Positions 38,610 through 52,146 of a stretch of DNA of 64,000 nt are shown here, piece by piece (position 1 is the first letter of the stretch; every line of letters begins with the position of its first letter). The stretch is from Geosiphon pyriformis uo1. Its lineage: Eukaryota; Fungi; Glomeromycota. The position numbers were made by a program, and so were the translations under genes. Location: positions 263,635 to 327,634 of the forward strand of contig JAAOMT010000098.1 in assembly GCA_016748015.1 (NCBI GenBank), written 5' to 3'. The notes below the pieces were generated by a model. It was not told the DNA's origin. It saw only the letters and a program-made list of their open reading frames with translations, and made no database searches.

Positions 38610-40024
38610 TCACTTGCCATCACATTGGTATTGAATACTAAACTTGTAAACAAGGGGATCTTGAGCCACAATATGATCCTCAGACCAATGATCGCCTGTC
38701 TCCTCATTTTCAAACTTCCATGTTTCATCAAAGGGTGAAATAAAGGCGTCCAAAAGGTCTGCTAATTCTTTTTTGATGCTGGAATCAAGAAATTCGAAAG
38801 TATCTAGTCCAAAGTGTGCAAAAGTGTGTTGTTTTTGTTCAAGTTTTTGGCATTTGGACTCGCGGATTGGTGGAATCTCTCTGAGTTGTCCTTGAAATCC
38901 GAGTGGCCAATATAAAGTGATGTATTGCTCTTCATGATCTTTGAGATCTGATTGTTGAAAAACAAATCGTGAAGTTAATTTGGATGAACCAGACTCTGGA
39001 TAGGTCTTGTCTGCATTCCGGTCGCTTGATGCATAGTTTTTCAGTTGAGCAAGGATATAGGAATATCGATCTTCTGCTAATTTTACAGGAATCATAATGT
39101 CTGCACCAGGATTATTACGCTTAAGAATCACAGCACACCGTCGTTGATAATATTCTTTCAAAGAACATGTTTCAGGAACGTATGTTATGGGAATGAAGTG
39201 TGTAAAAGCCACAGTTGCATCCTCAAAATCTTGTAGGTTAACTGCAGCAGGATCCAGTAATTCCATTAATTGTTGGACTGTGATGGCAATTGATTTCCAT
39301 TGTTTCGTTTTCTGTATAGACCTCACTGCGAGAATTAGGATAATTCGTGCCACCACCTCTCCACGAGCTGTCTCTTATACACATCTTCCAGTACTTTCCT
39401 TGGGGCGTAGACACACATATAATGTAGGAATTTTCCTCGCAATTTGCTCAATAAGACGGGTTTTTCCGTATCCAGAACTCTAAAAGAGTGTTCCATAAGG
39501 TATGTGATTTGTCTGATTGGCAAACCAATACACGTGTTTCTTATTGATGTATTCTTGAAATAATTCGACTAGGTTCGATGGATCCTTGTACGGTATTTTA
39601 AAGGCATCCACGAAAGCCTGATTTTGTTGGTGGAGCGCAGCCACAGTGGGTTTTATCTTTCTGTGTATCTTTTGCTAAAAATGCACGGCAACAGGAGGAA
39701 AAACACCAATTAGTCAATGTCGCAAGCGGTACTATGACCCCAATGCACGTTGTAATGCATTTGAACTATTCTCCCTCCATTGCTCCTCTATTAACCCATA
39801 GCGTCTCTTGTAACCCATACTATTTCTTGTCTTCTTTGAAAAGAGTTTACATATAACCTAGCTCTGCCCACAAAACTTAATGCTAAAACAGATCACTTTC
39901 ACACTCAAAACACATATTAATAAAAATAGATTGAACAAATAAACCTACCAGAGGAAGACTCAGCTATAAAGCACATCGGCGACAAGAAAAGGGAAGGAAG
40001 AAAGCAATAGTTAATTAACATCAT
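38610..40024 (-). pseudogene. Crinkler-type P-loop NTPase plus PD-(D/E)xK nuclease gene; in-frame TAG and middle part missing at an adapter junction
   Basis: Frame-consistent exon model 40024-39949, 39882-39821, 39674-39387 with GT-AG introns of 66 and 146 nt. It gives ...PYGTLF*SSGYGKTRL...YVCLRPKESTG (Walker A). After the adapter it reads RGEVVARIILILA...FTHFI...NNPGADIMIPV...ILAQLKN (REase fold). Confidence 0.72.
39368..39386 (+). other. Nextera/Tn5 mosaic-end adapter sequence (assembly artefact)
   Basis: Exact 19/19 match CTGTCTCTTATACACATCT. Produces the AVSYTHL and DVYKRQ peptides seen in the ORF track. Confidence 0.97.
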
Positions 40025-40819
40025 AAGAGTATATCGAACGTTCTCTCAAATAGATGAAAACGGGTATAGATGATAGATAACGGAGGTGAAGTAAAACTTA
40101 AGTTAAGAGCTAACATTAAGTCCAAAGGTTTTATTATTGAGTTAAATGCAAAGCAATTTTGGAAGCAAGAGGCAGAAGTGAATGAGCACAAATTAGCCAA
40201 ATGAACGAAGAATAATGGTAATAGGATGGATAAGAAAGTAATTTTTACAACTTTTTTATCCTACTCCACTCCCCAACCTATATATAAATTTTATCACTCT
40301 CATAACAGTAATCTGCATATTTGTCAAACAAAGGCATCAATTTCGAGTTGATCTGAGACTAAACTATTTTACTGTAGTTTCTGTCGATCATTAAGTCCGG
40401 AATAAATCACGTTTGATTGAAACTTACATTTACTACTATGGTTTCTGTTATGAAACTACTCTGGCATTCTTAAGTTAATGGTCTAAGTGAAATACCAACG
40501 AGTTCCAATGAAAACTCCCTGTTATTTGACCTAAAAAAATGGCGAAATAAAATAAAACGCATTAAATTACAAATTTATTCTAGCAATAATCAACTCAAAT
40601 TCTATGACCACATTAATCTTACTGAGAATGACCAAACATAGGTTTATCTCTCTTTTTTTTTGTTACCACATTACCAGTATTTCAACCAATATAAAAGCAT
40701 AATAATATTTGATTGCATACTCAGTTACATAAGACAGTTTTTGTAATTACATTCTCTATACAATCATCAAATTCCTGGGAACTAACAGGGCAACTGTGGG
40801 ACATAACTGTATATTCATC

Positions 40820-42634
40820 TAGTAAACAAGATAATTTCATCTGTTCTTTCTCAAAAAGCTTTCACTTTTTTTTTGTGTCTGTTCAACTTGTTATTCCAAA
40901 ATCTATCAATTATATGTCTCCACTATCATCAACTAAAATATTTTTCTTCCAAATGTCATTGTGGAGAATGTCATGCTTGTGGATGGCTTCTAATGCCTTA
41001 AGAGCTTTTAAACTTTGCTGTTTTGTTATTTTGTGCTTATCTAATAGGGTGCCAACAATGGTCAATCCAATAATGAAACACATTCCTCCTCCATAATATC
41101 CATGACAAACCAATTTCGGAATATATTGTCTCTGGATATTAGCAAGACTTTCATAGATCTCTATTTCTTTTTGCATTTTTTCCAGAATATATAATGGTGC
41201 TTTTGCCAAGTCGACAGTCTTTAAAGCAATTGTTTTACCACGAAATTTACATAAGAGTGTTTTACCACTTCGGCCTTGAGTTAGTATATCCATGAACTTA
41301 AAATCTGTAAAAGTAAAATTATGTAGCTTGTCCGAAACATTGGATAATTGTTGATATATGGATGTGCTGATAATTGATTATTGATTTGCTGATTGGATAG
41401 AAGATAATTTTGACTGTAATCAAAGAACACGTAAATTATTATTTCATGAGTTGGTTAAAAAAACACTAATTCTATAAAAATAAATGGCACCTTATATGGA
41501 TTAAGGGATTCAGGATTATTCTTTGCTTGTTAAGCCAAATAAGCATATGCCTTAAGCACTGGCAGAGATTTTGATTGTAGTGAAAGAGTTTTTGAGATCA
41601 AAAGTTTTGTGTGCTCTTGGTATAGAAACCAGTGATTATTGTAGGTGATTACAATACCATATCTATACTCATTTGCTCTTATATAATTGTAGATTTGTTG
41701 GACCACTATTTTTGTCTTGTCATTATCTTGATAAAACTCAAAAAATGTCCTTCCACCAATATCTTCTAACACATGCTTTCTTTTAACTTCGATCACTAAG
41801 ATTAATAATTTTTCAAGAAAACAATTGAAGTCTGATATACCAGGAGTATGGGTTTGAAGCTTTGTAAACTTATAATCTTCTGATAACATAAGCCTATTTA
41901 CCACTGTACAAATGTTAGAATTCAAGGCATCACAAACATTTTCTTTATTAGTTATCTCTCTATCTTTAACAAATTGCAGTTTTTTGAATCTTAGTTGTTG
42001 ATCAAAGCAGAATTGGTTCACTTCCTCAAAAAAGTTATCCCAAAACAGTATATTTGTCGGTGGGTTACTATTAACTTTCATAGTAGTCTTTGATATAACA
42101 CCTGTAAAGAATATGTTACAGGTAGTGGTATAGATGACAGTGCCTTTTCTAAGCTGATTTTAACTAGAAAAGTAACTCCAGTTAGTGATAAATCTACAGT
42201 ATAGAAAACCACATTACTATGTCTATTCTATTCTATATACACACTACTCTATTTTTCCAAAAAAAGTACTTTTTTATCCTACTCTATTTTCCAACATTTG
42301 AGTTACCTGTCTGAATTGTTTCCATCAACGTATTTTGTAATTTTTGCATCTGCATCTCCTATCTATCTTTACTTGTTTTTAGCTCCTTCATTTCTTCTTT
42401 TAGCTTTTTTTTTTGCTTTTCTAGCTCTTGCACATCTTTTATTCACCAATTTTTTTTGTTTTTGTCCTTGTACTTCTTCTGTCTCAAATTCTTCTTCATG
42501 TCATATAACTCAACTTCCTTTTCACCCAGCTTCTCACCCTTCTTCTTTAACTTCTCCATGTATCTCCCATACTGAGTCTTTACATATTCTAATTTACGTT
42601 TAATATCTTTAATGCTCGTCATGCTGTTTTGCAT
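40820..42634 (-). pseudogene. Crinkler-type coiled-coil plus REase-fold plus protein-kinase-like pseudogene
   Basis: Coiled-coil first exon (42634-~42308, then gtaact donor). REase-like GISDF...VIEVKRK...QQIYNY. Kinase QGRSGKT, IALK, KEIEIY, IPKL, ILHNDIWKKNILV..DI*LIDFG. Stops at 41530 and 40910. Confidence 0.78.
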
Positions 42635-43439
42635 ATTTGTTATGGTTTGGGAAGATATAGCCTAATATATGTTTGGTTCATGTTAATGACATTTTAGATT
42701 TTTGATTTATCAGTATAAGTTTACTATTTAAGTACAAACTTATCTTTATTAAATTATAACAATAATCAGAGTTTTTACTTTTTGCCATATACCTATATAA
42801 TATAATTGCTTTTTTAAATAATTATTGTATTTTGCAATATTCATTAAATTATTTTGTTTTGTTAAATTAACATTATAATTGTTTTATATATTTTAATATT
42901 GAATAAAATTTGTTTTATTATTTTAAAGTAAAAATAATTGTAAGTTTTAAAAAAAATTAAACCAGTGTTAAATATATTTTTATTATTATTTTATATATAT
43001 ATATATAACTTTATATTAATTTAAACTTAATAAATAAAAGCTTATATATTTTAATTTGTAAATATAAAACAAATTTATTAATGTTATTTTTATGTATTAA
43101 TTAAATATAAATTAATTAAAACTTAAAATATGTAACAAAAATATTATTTACATATTTTTTATATATAACCAGTAATTTAAACTTATATAAAGTTATATAA
43201 ATTAAAAAAACTATTTGTTTTTATTTTATTTAACAATTTTTTATTTAAATATTTGTTTAATTTTTTATTTTAAACATATTTATATTGAGATTATTAATTT
43301 TTACAAATTTAATTTATTTTTTAATTGAATTTTTTCTTTTATTATTTTTATTATTTTTAATTATCTTTTTTTTTGTCATTTAATTATCCAAATTTATTTT
43401 ATTTTTTATTACATAAATAATTATTTATATTTATTATAA

Positions 43440-44418
43440 TAATTAAAAAAATATTGTTTAAAATACAACAAAAATAACTTAAATTTTATTAAACTTACAA
43501 TAAGTTAACAACAGAAAATAATTAGATAAATGTAAAAAAACCCCAAAATTTTGATTCAAATAGACGATTTACAGTTCCAATAAACATAATTTTTAGTATA
43601 CAAAATAAATTTCACCAGATTTTTTGACTTTTACAACCAATTATTATTTTGTTTTTTAGAGAATATTATAAAATTTATACTTGCTTAAAATCTATTATTA
43701 CAAAACAAAATTTTAAATCCAATAAACAGATTTACAAAGAACATAACATCTTAATACTAAATATTTATATTCTTAAAAGAATGAAAAAGTTTCAGATTAT
43801 ATTTTATAATTTTAACAATTATTCTATTATTTTATTAAATAGATTAGAAATTAGGATCATATATAATAATATTTTTTAAAATAAAACCTCTCAAATTGTT
43901 TTTAATTTTATTAAAATAGTAAGATATATAATACTTTTAAATTCAAATATTATTTTCACTATTAAAAACTATTACATTATTGAAAAAAAAACTTTTTTAA
44001 ATTAACATAAATCTTTTAGAATTACAATAACAAAGACAATTAAAACAGTTAATTACAGAATATGTTGATATTTTTCTTAGAAACAATAATAACCTGGAAA
44101 AAACCAACATTATATAGCATTAAATTTGCACAAAAAATACTTTACTAAAATATCAACAAATATACTAAGTCTTATCTGCCAATTATCAATTTATTAAAGA
44201 AAAAATTCAATAAATGTTCAATAATAGTTTTATTTAATTATTAAGAAGTTTTTGAGTCTTATTTGTTGTCTTGGTAAAAAAAATAGAAAAATTCGATTTT
44301 GTATAAATTATTGTTAACTTAACAGTATAATAATTAGAAATATATACTCTTTATTAAAAATCAACAACATGCTAAATGCTCTAAAAAAAGCCAAGTTTTT
44401 TTCAATTTTAGACTTATA
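43440..44418 (+). mobile_element. Highly decayed Gypsy pol relic (dUTPase end to RT start)
   Basis: Remnants of SPVVLVKK..K.RFC.DY..LN and FSILDL at ~44250-44418, colinear with 9300-10160. Confidence 0.65.
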
Positions 44419-44419
44419 T

Positions 44420-46770
44420 TTCGAAGTAGTACTATTGTGGATTGAATTTGATTTTTATTATTGTTTTATTATTCTTAATTATAATTAATAATTTGAGATC
44501 TTGAATTATTATATTGTAAAACTTAATACTAAATTGAAATTGTATTATTATTTAAGAATATTAATAATAATTTTGTAGAGTTTAAGATAAGTATTGTGAT
44601 TGTTAATATTAAGATAAAGAATATTAATATTTTGTTAATTGTGAATATCTTAATTGTTACTAATATTAGTTTTTACAATTCTAATCTGATATTTGTTTGT
44701 AGTAATTTTTTACAATATAACCAAATTTTTGGCACTAGTAGTAATTATAAAAATTTTGTTTCTAAGATTGTTGTTGTTATTAGTATTATTATTGTTATTA
44801 ATACTTTAAACTATTACTATTTTTTTAATATTGTAAAAATTGGTATATTCTGAATTTTTTGCAAATAATTTTTTAATTTTTTAAGATATTTTTTTACTTA
44901 ATTGAATAAACTTTGTATCAATATTAAAGATTCTATTTATAGCCAAATTAATGACTTAAATATAATTTGCTTTTTGTTTTATTAATTTAAAGTTACAAAC
45001 AGGTATTATTATATTCTATAAACTTCTGAAATAATAAAATCTAATAAACTAAAAATACTGCTTTTTAGTTTTTTAATAAATTAATTTAAAATTTGGCTAA
45101 GTATATAGTAGACTTTTTTAATAGCCTAAATTTGGTAAAGAATTTGGTTAAATTATCTGAAATAAGTAATTATAGTTTTATGATTTTTTTGTTTTATTAT
45201 GTTAAATTAATTTTATAGTCTTATTAAAGTATTTAAATTACAAAAATATTGTAAAAAAAGGAATTTAAAGACAGCAAAATTAATTGGTTTTTTATTAAAA
45301 TTTTGGTATTATGAATTTACAGTTTTAATTAAGAAAAAATAGAACTTAAATTATTTTAGTATTATTTTAATTATTTGCCATAATTGTTTTTTTGCCTTAA
45401 TAATTTATGTATAAGTATTTTTTTTATCTGAAAATTTTTCTAATCTAGCAATATTTCTGTAAATTATAACAAAAATAATAAAGAGTTGTTTGGTTGTTAA
45501 TAAAAAAAAGATTGAAAACAATATGTCTGATTGTTTAATTAAATTTAATATTAGTTGTTTTTTTTTGTTAATTGCTATAAGTAATTTAAATAATAATATT
45601 TTTTTTAAAGAAGTAATTGTTGATTTAATTAATAATTGTTGTTTTCAAGTAAAAATATTTTAGAAAGTAATATTTGGCACAAAAATAAAATTTTTAAATA
45701 GATTATATATTTTTTTAATAATTTAATTCAGAAATTTTTGTTAAAGTTCTAAAAATAAATTTTTTAGAAGTTTTTGAAGTTTTAAGGTGTAATTTAGTAA
45801 ATTAATTAAGTAGTATTTTATTTTTTTAAAGTTTGGTAATATAATAGAAACTTTGATTTTTTGCTAATAATAAATTGCAGTTTTTTTTGTTTATACTATT
45901 GTTGAATATTTCTTTTTTTGTTTAATTCAGATTTTTAATGTTGTAATTTTCTTTAAATTGTAAATAATTGTTTTGTGTATATATTTTAATTTCTTTATCA
46001 ATAAAAAAAAAGTTTTTATAATTGCTTTTTTGATAGTTATAATTGAATATAATAGTAAGTTTTGGTAAATTTACTTTCTAAGTTTTTTAGTATTAGCTGT
46101 TTTGTCTAAATAATAATTAATTTTAATATGTATATAGTAGAAAAAATTACTTTTAACTACAAATATTTTTTCTGGAATTCCTAAATTTTTTTAAAAGTAT
46201 TAATATAATACTTTTTTAAAAAACAAATAATTTTTTTTAATATTTCAATAGTTATTACTTTGTGAGTTTTTTGAATGTTTTGTCTTTGTAAATTTTATAA
46301 TATTATAATAAATACCAAATATTATAAATAAATTTAGTAAGATATAATCATAATATTTAGTGCTTGTAATTTAATATTAAAGCAAAGTAAGTTTTAAATA
46401 AATTGATTTTAGTAATAAAATTAGTTATTAGTCTTTGAAGGTTTTCTTATTTAAAGTTCTATCTATTGAGTTTTTTATTATAAAACACAAAAATATAATT
46501 TTATTGTAGTATCAATATTATTGTTGTATTATTTTATACTAATTAATTATAATTATTAGAGTTTGGTATTGTTTTTTTGTTTTTTTAGTAAACTAATAAG
46601 ATAAAGTTAATATTTAAACTTAAAAAAGCTTCTTTTTTTACCAAACTATTATGAAGTTTATTCTTAAACAATTGATTTTTAATGTTATTACTTAACAAAA
46701 AAAAACGAAAAAAAATAAAATAAAAGAAAGATAAGAAAAAAAATTAGTATCCTATTATTTATTAAATTAT
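44420..46770 (-). mobile_element. Highly decayed Gypsy gag plus 5' LTR relic
   Basis: Minus-strand YYILSQILN*FIKKL (AQILNQFI.GL) near 45070-45115. PBS/LTR junction 'aataccaaatattata' at 46311-46326 parallels 63419-63435. Confidence 0.55.
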
Positions 46771-47520
46771 TTAAATTATTATTTAATTAATAATTTGATT
46801 TGTATAGATACAAATATAATTAAATTATGTAATATCTTAAACTATATAATATTTAAAATTTGCCAAAATATTTAGAAATTTAACAAAATATTTAATAGTT
46901 TACTAAAATAATCTATAGTTTATAAAAATAATATATAGTTAACAAAGTATGTTTTTAGTTTACTAAAATATTAGAAAAAAAAGTGCTAAATTTTAAAATA
47001 ATATTATAACAAATTATATAAAAAAAAAGTTTCTCTTTTTAAAAAAATATATTTATTTTAAAATTAATTTTTTATTAAATATTTTACTTAATAGTAATTA
47101 GCTAAAAATCACTTTTTTACATATTAATTTAATAAAAACTTATATTAAAAACCCAATTTTTTAATTATTATTGCTTTAAAATTAATTATTCTATATTAAT
47201 ATTTTAAAATTAATTAACTATTAATTTTAATAACTGTTAATAACTTTTAAACTTAGATTTAAAACAATTTTTTTAAAACATATATATTTTTTTTTATATT
47301 ATTAAATAGTTTATAATTTAGATTTCTTGTAAAAAAGTTAACTTTTATAACAAAATAACTACATATTATTTGAAAAGCTTACAAATAAAATTTTTCTGCA
47401 AAAAAATTAACTTTTACTACAAAATAACTATATAAAATATTTAATATAATATTGATTATTTTATTATAAACTTAATAATAAATACAATTTAAAGTATAAA
47501 AAAATATTTTAAAAGAAAAA
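46770..47520. repeat. Decayed copy of the LTR family seen at 3449-4431
   Basis: Colinear with ~3560-4330, including the 20-bp and ~69-bp internal repeats. Confidence 0.7.
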
Positions 47521-47544
47521 TTAACTTAATAAAGATTTATTAGC

Positions 47545-50500
47545 TTTTTTTTTTTAAATTTAATGAATGAGATTCAAATACTGCCTAATATAATACATCA
47601 AATAATTGATCTAAATTAGATATGAATTATGCATTTTTTATATATAACCAGCCACTCAGACTAATTAAGACAACACTAAGCACCTATATAAACAAAAACA
47701 GAGTTTCTAATATCTGAGAAAAATAAACACAACTTGCAAAACCCAAAGGCAACACTAAACACTTTATTAATACCCAACAATCTAACTACACCAGCAGAAA
47801 ATAACAAAAACATTCTAGAAACCAACTTTGAAATCAAATCATTACATAATATTAGCCTATTTTTTTCCATAAAAGCCCAGTATTTAGCATAAACTAACCA
47901 AATCTTCTTTTTAAAAGCAATGCAGAGGATACATACAAAGTTCACAATCTTCTGACTCACAACTTTGGCATTTTTGAAAACAGATGTGGTCTCTCAAAGC
48001 CAATCCTTAAAGCCAAAGTCTTTGCAAAAGGCTGTACATACTGCAACATTCAAGACACAAGAGGATAATAACTGAGAAACACATGAAAAAAAAGAGGCAG
48101 ACCAGAAAGCACACACCAAACAGCCACATAGACATCCAACAAATAATGACAAACAGACTTATCAACTATGCAAGAAAAAACATGATCCAAAATCTCAACA
48201 TTATTATAATATAAACACAATATACTAGGATAATACTTGTCATAAAAACACTTTTGAATAGCAATCAGCAATCAACAATACAAAGCTTTCATAAAGTACA
48301 TTTAAGCACCAGCAGTAAGTCTACTAGTAAAGCTAGCAGCCATATGTGAATTAAGATGCCAAACCAAAAATGAACAGGACCAATCAACATCTAAGTGCAA
48401 ACTATTATCCAAAGCCCAAGACTCAGAACCAACTTCTCAGCATACATAATAAATAGACTAAAAGATTTCATGCACAAAATATCTAGAATTACCAGAAATA
48501 GCATTGTCATCAGCCAAAATATAATGTTTTTTCAAAATAGAAGATAGGTACCAAGGAGAAAGAGAAACAGCATCAGCAAGTATGTCAGCATGTTCATTAC
48601 CTAAAACATCCGAATGACTTTTAACTTTGCACTAACTAAAACATAAATTTTTTTTCCTAATAATGTTCACTATGTGTTGACATTTAATCCAATACTAATT
48701 CCAAAAATTCGGACATACTAGACTCAATTCCGATTTGTATGTATTCAAAACAGCTTTACTGTTTATAAAAAGATGAACTGAGTTAAGAGAAAGAACACAT
48801 TCGAGAGCCAATACAATAGCTTGCAGTTTTACTAAAGTAGAAGACAACAGATCAGAAATTTTAACTCCCAAATCCAAATTCATATTCTTAAAAAAAACCA
48901 CTGCACCAGCCCTTATATTAGTATTCCCCAAGTTCATTAGAGACCCATCCATATAAACAAAAAGGCCATTAACCATAACATTCAACAAACTACTACCAAT
49001 ACACCTAAACTTACTAGACTCTAAAACACTCAAAAGTCTAACACCACCCAAAAAAGAAAAACCAGCAGTAAAAAAAGCCATATTATTAAGGAAATCAACA
49101 GAAAGCTTGAACCAATCAAGAACAGAGCCACACAAGTCTAGTCTTTTCTAGTACTTAAAAGTTTTTCAATCAAAGACCACACCCTTCTGATTACAAAACT
49201 GTTTTACAAAAGCTATATTATACTATCAAAATAAAGATAAAAACCTAAAAAATTCAGACTTACTAAGAACAGACAACATAAGTGTCCTATTCCAAAAATG
49301 AAAAGAACTAACCAATGGACCACTTAAGAACAACTTGTATCCATGAATTACACCTGCCAAAAAATTATTAGACAGGATGACCCTCACACGAGCCAGAAAC
49401 CTCAAAAAATAAAGTGGGTGTCAACTTAGAGCCTGTAAATCTAGAAACCTGTGTGAAAACAAATAACCCAATATTCCAACAGAGTTTGCAAAGCACACAA
49501 TAGAAGCCACCTTGTTTTCAGTTTGTACTTGCTCAAAAGTTTTTAAACCATACAATAAAGAGTGATAAAGTGCATTATTAGGAAAGTCAAGAGGCAGACC
49601 AAATTTCAATTTCAAGTTCTTGCAAATTAAAGCATCCCACTTTTTACACACTCCAATAGAAACAAAGCTGAACTGTGTCCTGTAGCTGACAATAAGATAG
49701 AAAACAGCTAACACTAAATACGAAAACTGTTTATCTAAAATGGTCTTTCTAAGTACAAGATTGATAAAAAACCTGACATCTAAATGTACTTTAGTTAAAC
49801 TAGGTTTCAACAAACTCTCAGTAGACAAAAAGATATCCAGATAATGATAAAATTCACCTTTCTTGGCGATAAAAATAGGCAGACCACTAATTGACAAAGA
49901 AGGACATTTAACTCTGCAATTAATAGGAATGACTACTGTCTTATTATTATTAATAAAAATGTCATTGATTCTAAAAAATTCACTAGCAATATTAAGAATG
50001 TGTTGTGTTGCAGTCTAACTGCTTTCAACTCAGATTGTATCATCAACAAAAGCACTAGCAGCAAGAAAAGATGTTATCCCAGTCTGAAATTCAACATGAC
50101 CAGTCTTGACAATAATATAAGAATTCAATCTATATCTATACACACTTTCTTGTCTTTTGACTTCACATAAAAGAAGATCATAAAATATGTACCAATGAAA
50201 AGGTAAGAACACCTTCCCTTAATCTAAACTATCATGTACCTAATATTTATCTGTTAAACCAAAATAAGTTATAACCCTGTTGACACAACCATTGTGAATT
50301 CCACCAAAAAATCTAATGAATTTGTTCTACATTTTTATTCTAACCAAGCCCAAAGTGTCTTCAATAACCAAGCCAATGACAAAAATTGGAGACTGTATCA
50401 TCATACCTTTTAAAACTGAGAAATTGTCCTCTCATAAAACATCAAAAGTGCTGTATGCTATAGAAATTCTGTTTGAAAGAATCTTAAAAAGAATTTTGCA

Positions 50501-52146
50501 AACAGTTTCAATTAAGACAATAGATTAAATATTCATAAGAATCCCCTTTCACTTATAAGACTTGGGAATCATTAAAACCCAAGCTTCTTTCCAAGCACTA
50601 GGCACTTGCTCATAAAACAAACAAGAATTCAAAGGCACTAAAAGCATGTCCAAAACCACCTTGTTACAATGCTTCTAAAGTTTATTTAAGACTTCAGAAA
50701 CCAGTAGCTTTGCTATCAAGTAAATTAGAAACCACATTGAGCAACTTATTGAAATTAATTGAACACATGACATTAAAAAAAGCATTGTTAAAAACATACT
50801 CTAAAGGTTGGTATTGACAAGACTAATCACTGAAGAAATCTGCCACCACCTTATATCTTCTAGTCCAGCCTTTCATAATTGCATTCATCTTAGTCTTAAC
50901 CAGTTTGGGTTTTAGAATTAGTTTATTCTCAACAATCAAATAATCTAAAACAACTTTCTTAAAAAGACACTCTAATATACTTTTGATTGTATGACCCTTA
51001 TCAACTGCAAATTTTTTCATTCTCTTATTAATAGCCAACCTAATACCAAACTCTCTAATTCGCAAAGACTTAGTAAGCTTGAAGACATGATATGATTTCC
51101 TTATACTAAAGAAAGCTGAATGCACATGGTCAAAGCTTACACCCAAGTTCACAAGATTCTGAATAACCAAAGCCTTAGCATTATCCAAAGAATTCCAGCA
51201 CTCTATAAAGAATACAAATCTGTCAAGACTTTCTTTACAAGAAGCCTTAAAAATTCTTGAAACTAAAAGCTCCAGTTTATAAAACCTAGAAGAATCTCTG
51301 GTAAAAACATTATTATAGTCTTTAAATTATTTTTTTTTGAATATCTTGTTAGCCAAAAGAGTCATTATTCTATGAACAATATCTCACATGATACACAAAT
51401 TTGAAAATGTCAAAGTAACTGCAAACTCATCAGAAAACATTGCCATATTGACAGCTGTGGCACTTTTGAAATCATTCTACTTTATAATATCAGCACCCTT
51501 AAAATCAAATTTCTATTAGTTTCCATTAACTTGCTTGCAAATAGAGTTCAACTGTGTATCCAAAAGCCTACCTAAATTTACAGACACAAAAACTGTGCAG
51601 TAATCTGTGTCAAAATGTTTACTGACATTCATAATATTGTAATCTACTATTGCATTAACCAAATTTGAAGAAATGAACATGTAATTAATTGTCTTTCTAT
51701 ATTTTTTGAATTTTTCCATGTTGAATCCTTAGCAAATGAACATACTGACAAAGAATTAACCAGTCCCAAATTGAGACACTTTTTAAAACTTGCATATCTG
51801 CAGAAACCATCCTCATTAAAATCCCTATCTAATACAACAAAAGAAGACTTATTTACAGCTTTAACTATCAAAAAATTAATGTTACCAATCTGAAAAAAAC
51901 AAACAGCCAAAAAAGCACCAGCATAAAGTTTCAGAATTAAGACAGAAAGTTTATTCTTAAAAAACAACTTGACAGAGATAAGTCAGTCAGACACTTCAAA
52001 AATCTTACATACATAATGAGCCAGAGAAATGTTCATAATGATCACTACCCCAGCACCAAGAAACTCTTTGTCCAACCCAAATGAAAAAACCTTAATTTCA
52101 CTAAACCTATACTTAATCTATGGCCTATAGCTAGACTTTAGCTTTC
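47545..52146 (-). mobile_element. LINE E, older ORF2 copy truncated within the endonuclease
   Basis: A-tail at 47545-47555, conserved 3' UTR, YMDGS, FVDDTI, LDRDFNED. Many stops and frameshifts. Confidence 0.9.

Noticed and set aside
39368-39386. Natural Tn5/IS50 end acquired horizontally
   Set aside because: It is the engineered mosaic end, with no IS50 transposase, partner end or 9-bp TSD.
39187-39523. ORFs 39187..39483 (+) and 39335..39523 (-) as genes
   Set aside because: They read through the adapter (AVSYTHL, DVYKRQ) and are off-frame relative to the real NTPase/REase frames.
40279-40288. TATA box ~255 bp upstream of the NTPase-REase start
   Set aside because: Not significant in such AT-rich DNA without TSS data.
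43649-44853. Short I/N/K/F-rich ORFs (43649..43879, 44596..44853; also 4341..4529, 6778..6984)
   Set aside because: Compositional by-products of eroded or antisense TE sequence.
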